From positions 1 to 58,767 of the IMG/VR virus record IMGVR_UViG_3300021057_000002: DNA of 58,767 nt; one strand, given 5' to 3'. The notes below the pieces were generated by a model. It saw nothing but the letters and a program-made list of their open reading frames with translations. It ran no database searches and was not told where the DNA came from. Position numbers and translations under genes: made by a program. This DNA comes from a virus. Positions 8,279 to 15,802 of the stretch are shown here, piece by piece. Each line of letters opens with the position of its first letter. The first letter of the stretch is position 1.

Positions 8279-8622
8279 GCTACCTGTCTTGCGGATGCTG
8301 GACGGGTCCGTGGTGGAGCGTCGATCCGCCTCCGACGTGCGACGCGCATCGCTTCGGGATCACGGCTGGCCGCTTCCCCGTCAACCAGCCGATCGACTAC
8401 GGCACGATCACGACCACAACGATCCCGATCGCTCAGTCTGCTACTACGCCCGAGTCTGCAATCGCCGACCTGATCCGCGCGATTGCAGCAGCTGCCGGTG
8501 AGGCCGACGCCGCTGGCGAGATCGCCCAGCACGACGCTTGGCAGATGGCGCTCAATGCGGCTCGCCGGGTGCGCGAGCTGATCGCAGACGCCCGCGCCGC
8601 CCAGAGCAAGGAGCGCGAGTGA
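8275..8622 (+). CDS. Hypothetical protein
   Basis: ORF track 115 aa; ATGA overlap at 8275. Confidence 0.55.
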   Translation: MSYLSCGCWTGPWWSVDPPPTCDAHRFGITAGRFPVNQPIDYGTITTTTIPIAQSATTPESAIADLIRAIAAAAGEADAAGEIAQHDAWQMALNAARRVRELIADARAAQSKERE

Positions 8623-8879
8623 GCGCCCGCCACCGCCAGGCCAAGCGCCGCATCCGCGAGCTCGAACAGGAGTTGCAAAGGCTCCGAGCGCTGATCGAGT
8701 CATACGATGTCGTCCTGGCGGACCTCATCGAACGCGGCGCCGATTCACTCTCGGTCGTGGTTCACAGCGTTACCTGCTACCGCTCGCTAGTAGTTGAACG
8801 ACTCGCGGACGTTAAGAAGCGGCTGCAGGTGGACATCGTCGAGCAGGCGCGGGCGGCGAGCAAGGAGCGCGAGGGGTGA
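8619..8879 (+). CDS. Hypothetical coiled-coil protein
   Basis: Tail of ORF 8538..8879 from GTG 8619. The junction GAGCAAGGAGCGCGAG repeats at 8858-8873. Confidence 0.5.
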   Translation: MSARHRQAKRRIRELEQELQRLRALIESYDVVLADLIERGADSLSVVVHSVTCYRSLVVERLADVKKRLQVDIVEQARAASKEREG

Positions 8880-9181
8880 GCGACCTCGAGCAGTTGATAC
8901 GCAAGCTCGTGACGGAAGCCGTGCGCGAGGAGTTGGCTCGCCAGCAGGAACCCGCCAACGATCAGACGACGTATGTCTCCACAGGTGAAGCCGCTCGCAT
9001 CGCTGGTGTCTCGATCTACACGATCCGCCGCTGGGTGCATGCCGGCGAGCTGACCAAGCACGTCACCAAAGGGCGCATGCGGATCAACCGCGCCGAGCTC
9101 GAGCGCTACCTGGCCTGCGAGGTCGTGCCGATCGATTCGAAGCTGAGCATGGAAGACAGGATCAAGAGGAGGTTTGGATAA
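8876..9181 (+). CDS. xis: Excisionase-type (MerR-like) HTH DNA-binding protein
   Basis: ORF track 101 aa; GTGA overlap. YVSTGEAARIAGVSIYTIRRWVHAGELTKHVTKGRMRINRAELERYL fits the excisionase-family HTH pattern. It lies two genes upstream of int. Confidence 0.7.
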   Translation: MSDLEQLIRKLVTEAVREELARQQEPANDQTTYVSTGEAARIAGVSIYTIRRWVHAGELTKHVTKGRMRINRAELERYLACEVVPIDSKLSMEDRIKRRFG

Positions 9182-9708
9182 TGGGACGAGAACTGCGACG
9201 AGTGCCGCCCAACTGGGATCATCCAAAGAGCGAGCGCGGAGAGTATCGGCCGCTGTATGACCAGACGTTCGCGGAAGCATTCTTGGAGTGGCTTGATGAT
9301 TTCGACCGCGTGCGATGCGGCGAGATGACCGACTTCGAGCGAGAGTGCTACCCGAGTTTTGGCGAGTGGTGCGCCGACCACCATCCGCCGGATCCGAAGT
9401 ACTACGTTCCGTACACCAGCGAGCAAGCAACCTGGTTCCAGATCTTCGAGACCGTATCCGAAGGTACGCCAGTAACGCCGCCGTTCGCGACCAAGGCTGA
9501 ACTCGTCGAGTATCTCGTGCGGCATGGAGACTTCTGGCAACAGAAGAGATGGAACGAAGGCAACCACTTCATGCAGCCAAATCCACCTGGCTACTCACGC
9601 GAATCCGCCGAAGCGTTTGTCGAACAGGGCTGGGCGCCATCGATGGTCATCAGTAACGGCAAGCTCGCCATGGGGATCGATGTTCCGCTCGCGCTGAAGT
9701 CAGAGTAG
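9181..9708 (+). CDS. Hypothetical protein (lower-GC insert between xis and int)
   Basis: ORF track 175 aa; TAATG overlap. My hand count of the first 120 nt gives 69 G+C (about 58 percent), visibly below the flanking genes. Confidence 0.65.
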   Translation: MGRELRRVPPNWDHPKSERGEYRPLYDQTFAEAFLEWLDDFDRVRCGEMTDFERECYPSFGEWCADHHPPDPKYYVPYTSEQATWFQIFETVSEGTPVTPPFATKAELVEYLVRHGDFWQQKRWNEGNHFMQPNPPGYSRESAEAFVEQGWAPSMVISNGKLAMGIDVPLALKSE

Positions 9709-9719
9709 CGTCCACCGCC

Positions 9720-11159
9720 ATGCCCTCCGTCTTCTGGAAGAACAGTCAATTCTACGCTCGCCTCAAAGGCGAGAAAGTTCCGGGCAAGTGGGGCAACGCG
9801 CCTACGGGCGAGACCGACCGCGCCAAGGCGGAGAGGTTCGCCGAGCTCGCACAGCAGGCGATCGACAAGCGCAACAAAGTCCGCGCGGCTGGCGCGCTGT
9901 CGCTGCGCGAATTCGTCCGCCAGTGGCTCGTGAAGCGCCAGGAGGCCGGACATGACTGGAAGAAAGATCGCGGGCGGCTCTCCAAGCACGTCCTACCCGT
10001 GCTCGGCGATCTACTGCTCGTGGACGTCACCACGGCGCACGTCGCTGACCTGGTGCACGATCTGCGGTTCAAGCACGACCTGGCCGCGCGCACCGTCCGC
10101 AACGTCTACAGCGTGCTCGCGGCCGTTCTGCGCGATGCTGCGATGGCGGGCAGGATCCCGTCGTCTCCCTGCATGCTCACCGAGGCGCAGCTCGGCCCAA
10201 AGCTCGACAAGGACCCCGAGTGGCGTGACGGCGCGTTGTTCACGCGCGAGGAAGCGCAGTCTCTGATCTCAGACGAGCGGATCCCGTTCGACCGGCGGAT
10301 CGTCTACGCGCTCGGCTTGCTCGCTGGTCTGCGTCCGGGCGAGGGAGCCGCTCTCAGGTGGCGTAACTACGACGCCACGTGCGAGCCGCTCGGCAAGCTG
10401 ACCGTGGCTTTGTCCTACTCCACCAGCAGATCGAAAACCAAGCGCACGAAGACCGAGGCCGTCCGCTACGTGCCGGTGCACCCGACGCTCGCGGCGATGC
10501 TGGCCGAGTGGCGGCTGTTTGGTTGGGCGCAGATGATGGGTCGCATGCCCGAAGCCGACGATCTGATTGTGCCGCTACCGCCGAACGTGAAGCGCACGAA
10601 GCGGACCGGCGAGCGGTTCCGCGGCTGGGACTACACCGGCCGGCGCTGGCGCGAGGTCGACTTGCCGGTGCTCGGTTGGCGTCATCGATCGGTCTACGAC
10701 ACGAAGGCCACGTTTATCACCCTCGTGCTGGAGGACGGCGCCGACCCGGCCATCATCCGCGAGCGCGTGACCCATACGAAGCCGCGCCGGGACGCGTTCG
10801 ACGGCTACGATCGCGGCATTCACTGGGCCGCCACATGTCGCGAGGTTGCCCGGTTGCGGTTGGAGCGGCTTGCACCCGCCGTGCACCCGGCAGATCAATC
10901 GTCGTCGGAAAACGTTGGCTCCGGAGGAGGGTTTCGAACCTACAATCCAGCTACTTACAGCTCGCCCGTGTTTCGCGTCTTCGACGGTGGAAGGCAGGAT
11001 CTGCGTACCGCATGTGACCACTCGCTAGCGTTGATGGGTGCAAGCGCTTGCACCCGGTCTCAGCAGGACGCCAGCGGGCCGATCGTCGACAGTTCCGCCA
11101 CCGCCGTCCCGATCGGCTGCCGGCCTACAAGCACAGCCAGGGCGAGAACGAACAGGTAG
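9720..11159 (+). CDS. int: Tyrosine recombinase (phage integrase) whose ORF extends through the putative attP
   Basis: ORF track 479 aa. It has an N-terminal SAM-like domain. Catalytic-type residues are GLRPGEG (Arg), WRHRSVYDTKAT (His/Arg), VTHTK (His) and DGYDR (Tyr-363, about nt 10806). Roughly 115 further codons follow the catalytic Tyr. Confidence 0.9.
   Translation: MPSVFWKNSQFYARLKGEKVPGKWGNAPTGETDRAKAERFAELAQQAIDKRNKVRAAGALSLREFVRQWLVKRQEAGHDWKKDRGRLSKHVLPVLGDLLLVDVTTAHVADLVHDLRFKHDLAARTVRNVYSVLAAVLRDAAMAGRIPSSPCMLTEAQLGPKLDKDPEWRDGALFTREEAQSLISDERIPFDRRIVYALGLLAGLRPGEGAALRWRNYDATCEPLGKLTVALSYSTSRSKTKRTKTEAVRYVPVHPTLAAMLAEWRLFGWAQMMGRMPEADDLIVPLPPNVKRTKRTGERFRGWDYTGRRWREVDLPVLGWRHRSVYDTKATFITLVLEDGADPAIIRERVTHTKPRRDAFDGYDRGIHWAATCREVARLRLERLAPAVHPADQSSSENVGSGGGFRTYNPATYSSPVFRVFDGGRQDLRTACDHSLALMGASACTRSQQDASGPIVDSSATAVPIGCRPTSTARARTNR
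10916..10940 (-). other. Putative attP core: 3-prime-terminal tRNA fragment (T-loop to CCA)
   Basis: The reverse complement reads GGTTCGAAACCCTCCTCCGGAGCCA. That parses as G53-TTCGAAA-C61, T-stem 3-prime strand CCCTC, acceptor strand CTCCGGA, discriminator G, and CCA. No matching 5-prime acceptor strand or anticodon stem lies upstream, so this is a fragment, not a gene. Confidence 0.55.
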
Positions 11160-11214
11160 GCGCGGTCTTGTGGGGACATGCGCGGGACATCGGCCAGGAG
11201 CGGCAGGAGTTGCT

Positions 11215-11394
11215 ATGAAACGACGATCCATGAGCGATAGAGGAAGGCTGACGTACACGCGATGGGCGACCTTAGAGCGACGCCACGGGCGAGACGCACA
11301 CGCCCTGGTCGCCTGGGGACACCCGGCAGATTTGCGCTGGGAGTCACGCCGAGCGCATCGCAGGCGCGCGATGTCAGAGAGGGCGCACGGATGA
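11215..11394 (+). CDS. Hypothetical small basic protein
   Basis: Tail of ORF 11038..11394 from ATG 11215 (AGGAG upstream). Its stop overlaps the next ATG as ATGA. Confidence 0.3.
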   Translation: MKRRSMSDRGRLTYTRWATLERRHGRDAHALVAWGHPADLRWESRRAHRRRAMSERAHG

Positions 11395-11639
11395 CAACCT
11401 ACTGGTACGTCTACCGCGCGGAGATGTCCGCCGACCGACGCGAGTTGCTGAGATCGCCCAGCCGGTGGCTGCTGCACGACCGCGAGGAGATCCGCCTCGC
11501 CCATTCGCTCACCGTGATCGGAGAGGACGCTTGCGCAAGCTTCGGTGCGTTTAACACGGAAGCCGAGGCGAAAGAACGGGCCGCACTCGCCGAGGAGCTG
11601 TACGGCAAGCGCTGCTACATCGTGCCGAGGGACGTCTAG
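11391..11639 (+). CDS. Hypothetical small protein
   Basis: Tail of ORF 11262..11639 from ATG 11391. Confidence 0.4.
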   Translation: MTTYWYVYRAEMSADRRELLRSPSRWLLHDREEIRLAHSLTVIGEDACASFGAFNTEAEAKERAALAEELYGKRCYIVPRDV

Positions 11640-11648
11640 TCCGCTGTA

Positions 11649-11667
11649 TCCGCGGGCCTACCGCGGA
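11649..11667. terminator. Hairpin between convergent genes (possible bidirectional terminator)
   Basis: TCCGCGG-gccta-CCGCGGA forms a 7-bp stem. It lies between the stop at 11637-11639 (+) and the stop at 11658-11660 (-). No clear U-tract. Confidence 0.35.
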
Positions 11668-11861
11668 ATTCGAATCTGCGGAGTCGCTTCGTCGGAGAAC
11701 TCGTAGTTCTTGAGGCACTTGGCGCACGTGACGGTACTCCACGCAACCTCGGGCGGGCCGACTTGCGAGAGGAGCCGGTCGCCGGTGAGCGAGACCTGCT
11801 GGGGGTGGTTGCAGCGTGGACAGCGGAGGGTGATTTTGCTGATTTTGCGGTAGGTGGACAC
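11658..11861 (-). CDS. Zinc-ribbon protein
   Basis: ORF track 67 aa with CPRC...CAKC. Separated by 44 nt from the upstream gene. Confidence 0.55.
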   Translation of the reverse strand: MSTYRKISKITLRCPRCNHPQQVSLTGDRLLSQVGPPEVAWSTVTCAKCLKNYEFSDEATPQIRIPR

Positions 11862-11905
11862 GCCGCGATATTGTCAGACGAGCCGCATCGACCGGACGGA
11901 TTAGG

Positions 11906-12166
11906 CTACTCGCCCACGCACTGAGCCACGGCCCGGGCCCATTCGCGGAGTCCAGCTAGCTCGCGCATGACGTCGGCCAGATCGGACTTGGTGACAACCA
12001 GCGTCAGATTGTTGGGCGCGAAGTACGGGAACCCGACGACGTAGGACGGCTCGGGCAACGCGGGCAGCGAGCACTTCATCGGTTCGACGGTGGTGGAGAT
12101 GTTTCGGATGACCGGCGCTGGCGGCTTCGCGCACCCAACGAGCACCACTATGACGAGCAGCCTCAT
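11906..12166 (-). CDS. Lipoprotein
   Basis: ORF 11906..12340 trimmed to ATG 12166 (4-nt overlap). MRLLVIVVLVGC is a signal peptide plus lipobox. Confidence 0.6.
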   Translation of the reverse strand: MRLLVIVVLVGCAKPPAPVIRNISTTVEPMKCSLPALPEPSYVVGFPYFAPNNLTLVVTKSDLADVMRELAGLREWARAVAQCVGE

Positions 12167-12498
12167 CGCGCACACCCGGCGATCGCTACGTCGAGTTTCC
12201 AGCGCAGATCGGCCGCGTAGCGCTCGAACAGCCGAGCAGTGCACAGGTACAGGTCGCCGAGCGCGACGTAGCCGAAGCATAAGACGTCGATGTCCGGCCG
12301 CGTCGGCAGCGTGCCGACGAAGTCGCGCAGGTTCGCGCACGTTGGTCGCGGTTTGCGGGCTTGAGATCGCGGTGGATGATCCGGATCCGCGTAGCCGGTC
12401 CAGCAGCCGACGCTGATGGCAAATAGCGTTGCCAGTGCGACCCGTCGCACGGAAAGAATACTTGCCAACATGAGTTTAGGCGGACGACTAAATTTCAT
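12163..12498 (-). CDS. Lipoprotein
   Basis: ORF 12163..12612 trimmed to ATG 12498 (4-nt overlap). A hydrophobic leader ends in the lipobox ISVGC. Confidence 0.55.
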   Translation of the reverse strand: MKFSRPPKLMLASILSVRRVALATLFAISVGCWTGYADPDHPPRSQARKPRPTCANLRDFVGTLPTRPDIDVLCFGYVALGDLYLCTARLFERYAADLRWKLDVAIAGCAR

Positions 12499-12776
12499 GC
12501 ACGACCTCGCTTCTTGCCAACGCCGCGCGACGCCTCGAGGAGCGCCGTTGACGCCATCGTGACGATCGATCGGCCCGTCGCGCACAGGGCCCGGGTCCGA
12601 CAGGTGGAACATTCGGTCTTGTGCGCTTCGAGATCGATCACCTCGGGTACCGGCGGCTGGACGACGAGCGACTCGGCGAGTTGCTTCAGGAGCCCCTGTG
12701 CCGTGCGGCAGATCTGCGACGGACCGCAGACCTTGCAGATATCTCGGTGAAGCTCGAGCTTCTGCACGATCGTCAT
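12495..12776 (-). CDS. Cys-rich small protein
   Basis: ORF 12495..12809 trimmed to ATG 12776 (ATGA overlap). Contains CKVCGPSQIC and CSTCRTRALC. Confidence 0.45.
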   Translation of the reverse strand: MTIVQKLELHRDICKVCGPSQICRTAQGLLKQLAESLVVQPPVPEVIDLEAHKTECSTCRTRALCATGRSIVTMASTALLEASRGVGKKRGRA

Positions 12777-12958
12777 CGCTGCGACCTCCGGGCGATCGCC
12801 TTGAGGCACGTCATGCAGTCGGGAACGTCGGCGGCGATCACGGCGCCATCGGCAGGACGACGGCAGAGCGTTGCCCGGGGTGATTCCGAGTCCTCCGTGA
12901 TCGCGTGGCGCTTGTGGCCTGACCGCAGGCGTACCGTGATTGTCCGAATCGAGATCAT
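12773..12958 (-). CDS. Hypothetical small protein
   Basis: Last 61 codons of ORF 12773..13318 from ATG 12958 (ATGA overlap with the phosphoesterase stop). Contains CMTC. Confidence 0.4.
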   Translation of the reverse strand: MISIRTITVRLRSGHKRHAITEDSESPRATLCRRPADGAVIAADVPDCMTCLKAIARRSQR

Positions 12959-14313
12959 GAAGTTCTCGATTCGCGAACTTTGGCTTCCTGCAACGCGCGG
13001 AGTTGGCGAATGCCGATGATCCGGCGGTTGATCCTCCCCCACTCGCGGTGGAATGTGTCGACGCACATCGTTTGCTGGGAGCGGTAGCCCTTGCCGTGGT
13101 GCCAGCGGTCCTTCGGTGCCAAGGTTGGGAAGGTCTCGACAGTGCAGCCGGGAAGCTCTTTGACCGACGAGTGATGAACGTGGCCGCACAGGATGTGGCG
13201 ATGCTCGGTCTCGCCCCAGTCCTTGGCGCGATCGCAGGCCATGACGCCCATCAGCCGCTCGGCTTTCGCTTCGTCGCCGTGCGTGGTCATGATCAGAACC
13301 TTGCCGAACCGAACCCACTTGAATGGATCGGGTGAGGTGTTGACGGTGACGCGAGGCTCGCGCTCGTAGAACTGCTCGATCGCGTGGGCCATCGCGGTCG
13401 AGGTGTGCCAGTCGTGGTTCCCGGGAACGACGATGTCCTCGACGAGCTCGTGCTTTTCCAGTGCCCGATCGGTGAGTCGCCGCATCGCGCGGATGCCGCT
13501 ACGAAACACCTTGCTCCAACGAGTGTCACCGTCTTGCCGCGTGCCTGCCGTCGTGGTGACGTTGCTGTTGTCGAAGTGAAAGAAGTCGCCGAGCGACAGG
13601 ATCACGGCTCGACGGGCCGGCTCGGCGACGCGGACGAGCTCGTCTACAGCATCGACAAGATCGCGCTCGGCGATCTCAAGGTCGAAGTTATCGCCCGTCT
13701 CCTCATGCCACGCGTGCATCCCCAGGTGCGGATCGCCCATAACGTAGACGGCGAGGAGGTCGTCGTCGGACACTTCGCGGCGCTTGACCGGCTCGGCGAA
13801 ACCACGAAACGGCTCCGTGATCGAAGGCAACGCCGCGAGCAGGCCTTCGAGCCGCTGCTGTTGCGAGACGTTGGTCTTGACCCACTTCAGTCGGACGTTG
13901 CCGTCCTCGTCGTAGAGCGTGGATTCGCCCTTGATGTAGTGGCCGGCCGGAACACTTGGATCGTGCTGCACGACTGCACTTGGTTCGTGTTCGATACCCG
14001 CATTGGGGATGTCGATACCCAGCCTGGGGATATTCGGCAGCGTCGGTTCTTCGCCGTCGAAGTCGTTGCCAAGTTGACCGGATTCTGTTGTCGCGAGGAT
14101 TCCATCAACCTTTTGTTGACCAAATCCCACCCCGTCCCAACGCCCACGCAACTCATCCCAGCCCGGGTAGTTGTAGCGCTGGGCGTTCTTGGTGTACGCC
14201 TCCCACGACGTGCCGAGCCGTTGCGCGAAGTCGTGGCGATCTGTGCTCTCGCGCGCGAGCCGGTGAAGCTCGCCCGACTCCAACAACACACGGAGTCGGT
14301 CTCTGACGGTCAC
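12955..14313 (-). CDS. Calcineurin-like metallophosphoesterase with an N-terminal extension of about 200 aa
   Basis: ORF 12955..14799 trimmed to GTG 14313 (GGAGG upstream, GTGA overlap). Motifs in canonical order: GDPHLG, GDFFHFD, GNHD, TTHGD, CGHVHH. Confidence 0.8.
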   Translation of the reverse strand: MTVRDRLRVLLESGELHRLARESTDRHDFAQRLGTSWEAYTKNAQRYNYPGWDELRGRWDGVGFGQQKVDGILATTESGQLGNDFDGEEPTLPNIPRLGIDIPNAGIEHEPSAVVQHDPSVPAGHYIKGESTLYDEDGNVRLKWVKTNVSQQQRLEGLLAALPSITEPFRGFAEPVKRREVSDDDLLAVYVMGDPHLGMHAWHEETGDNFDLEIAERDLVDAVDELVRVAEPARRAVILSLGDFFHFDNSNVTTTAGTRQDGDTRWSKVFRSGIRAMRRLTDRALEKHELVEDIVVPGNHDWHTSTAMAHAIEQFYEREPRVTVNTSPDPFKWVRFGKVLIMTTHGDEAKAERLMGVMACDRAKDWGETEHRHILCGHVHHSSVKELPGCTVETFPTLAPKDRWHHGKGYRSQQTMCVDTFHREWGRINRRIIGIRQLRALQEAKVRESRTS

Positions 14314-14486
14314 CGCTTGGCCACCTCCGCAGCGTGTGTGATCGCGTCGACGAACTTGGTAGCGTCGCCGATCGATCGAACTACAGCGACGACCACGACC
14401 TCGCCCGGTTGCACGGTCAGGGGTCCGTCGATGCCCAGCGCCGGCAGAACCCGCGCGGATCGCTCCTCCCAGATGCGGAACCTCAC
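14310..14486 (-). CDS. Hypothetical 58-aa protein
   Basis: Not in the ORF track (under 60 aa). I translated it by hand as VRFRIWEERSARVLPALGIDGPLTVQPGEVVVVAVVRSIGDATKFVDAITHAAEVAKR. It has GTGA overlaps at both ends. Confidence 0.35.
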   Translation of the reverse strand: MRFRIWEERSARVLPALGIDGPLTVQPGEVVVVAVVRSIGDATKFVDAITHAAEVAKR

Positions 14487-15364
14487 GGGTTACTCCACGC
14501 GAGCGCGGCAAACGTCTTGGGGCCGACGATCCGATCGGGCTTGAGCCCGTGGCAGCGCTGGAAGTCTTCGACGCAGATCGCCGTGACCTCGTCGAACAGG
14601 CCCGGCGTGCCCTCGCATTGGCCGAGACGGCGCTGGATCCACCGAACCTGGTCGCCCTTGGCTGGCTCGGAGATCGAGTGAAATCGATTGACGTCGACGG
14701 TCGAGGTGAAGCCCGGGAACCCGACCGCGTCACCCTGATACTGGTAGATCCAGTAGTTCGTCGCATCGCCCAGCGGCGGTGGAACGTTGGGGCGAACACC
14801 GACGGGCGGCATCATGCGAGCCTTGGTGCGGATCGGCCACGGCCACGGCTTGGCGAGCCACAGCGGGCTTTCGGTGAATATGGGGGCCGGAAGATCGTCG
14901 AGATCTTCTTTCCACACCCGCGCGCTCGTGTAGATACCCGGCGCGATCCCATAGTGGGCTTTGAGGACCTTCCACGCACGGTGCGTCCAATCGAGCGCCT
15001 CCTGCGCCGAGAACCCGGTGATCTGTCGGCCGCCCGGAAACTCGACATCGAGCATCGGCGGGAAGTCGCGATACCGCTCGAGCGGGACGTTTTTGCAGAA
15101 CACCTCGGCCTGTTGCTCGGGCGAAGGTGGTGGTGACCAGCCGATCTTCGGGTAGCAGAGAAACAGATAGGCCCCGTAGGTCATCCCTGCTTTGCGGATC
15201 GCGTCGCGATACTGGAGCGTTGGATCGACGTAGATCGATCCACCCTTTTGCAAGGGCCTGCCGTAGACACCGCGCACGATCACAAACGATGTCCCGACGT
15301 CCGTGGCCACGGACCAACTCGGCGGGCGGTTGCCGTCGATTGAGGCAAAGTCGATTCCGAGCAC
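14483..15364 (-). CDS. Endolysin: GH25-type muramidase plus C-terminal peptidoglycan-binding domain
   Basis: ORF 14483..15733 trimmed to GTG 15364 (TAGTG junction). LGIDFASIDGN opens the GH25-like domain. The C-terminus GDQVRWIQRRLG...GLKPDRIVGPKTFAAL fits the PG_binding_1 pattern. Confidence 0.85.
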   Translation of the reverse strand: MLGIDFASIDGNRPPSWSVATDVGTSFVIVRGVYGRPLQKGGSIYVDPTLQYRDAIRKAGMTYGAYLFLCYPKIGWSPPPSPEQQAEVFCKNVPLERYRDFPPMLDVEFPGGRQITGFSAQEALDWTHRAWKVLKAHYGIAPGIYTSARVWKEDLDDLPAPIFTESPLWLAKPWPWPIRTKARMMPPVGVRPNVPPPLGDATNYWIYQYQGDAVGFPGFTSTVDVNRFHSISEPAKGDQVRWIQRRLGQCEGTPGLFDEVTAICVEDFQRCHGLKPDRIVGPKTFAALAWSNP

Positions 15365-15765
15365 TAGATCGTTCCCGCCTCGGTCTTGAACTGGGCATCT
15401 CTCCACAGCACCTTGCGGAGAAACGCGAAGCCCTCTGACGCTTCGACCGGCGAGAACACGACGCCGCCGAACGGCTGTTTGCCCGCGAGCACTCCGGCGA
15501 CCAGATCGGCCACGACACAGGCGCCGGTGCGGATCCCGAAGTGCTTGAGCGATGCGCGGACCTGCGACCAGTCGATCTGTCCGTCCTGCCCGCGGGCCGC
15601 TTCGATCACTTCTGCCACCGTCGGCGAGAACTCGTCGATCAACTGCGCGGCCTGTGCCGTGGTGCAGTCCACCAGCGCCACACGCGCGTCCTTGGCCGCG
15701 TCCTTGAGGGCCCCACAGCCCACAACGCCGCACAGCACGAGCATCAGTCCCGTCTTCCCAGTCAT
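15364..15765 (-). CDS. Lipoprotein (lysis-cassette member)
   Basis: ORF 15364..16032 trimmed to ATG 15765. MTGKTGLMLVLCGVVGC is a signal peptide plus lipobox. Confidence 0.6.
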   Translation of the reverse strand: MTGKTGLMLVLCGVVGCGALKDAAKDARVALVDCTTAQAAQLIDEFSPTVAEVIEAARGQDGQIDWSQVRASLKHFGIRTGACVVADLVAGVLAGKQPFGGVVFSPVEASEGFAFLRKVLWRDAQFKTEAGTI

Positions 15766-15802
15766 TCGATCGTCTCTTTCTGCCGGTCGCGCCGGCGACA
15801 AA

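Noticed and set aside
10916-10995. Whether a complete tRNA gene lies on the - strand inside int.
   Set aside because: Only the T-loop to CCA portion is tRNA-like. The expected 5-prime acceptor strand (TCCGGAG) is absent upstream. The would-be anticodon stem (GCGAG/TAGCT) and T-stem 5-prime strand (GTAGG) do not pair. I treat it as an attP fragment.
12955-15733. Full-length ORF-track calls 12955..14799 (614 aa) and 14483..15733 (416 aa), with similar N-terminal extensions at 26418..29894, 48217..49878, 15364..16032 and 37638..38699.
   Set aside because: The extensions overlap neighbouring real genes in other frames, are Arg/Gly-rich, and precede the first recognisable domain motif. Internal starts with SD and 4-nt overlaps fit better.
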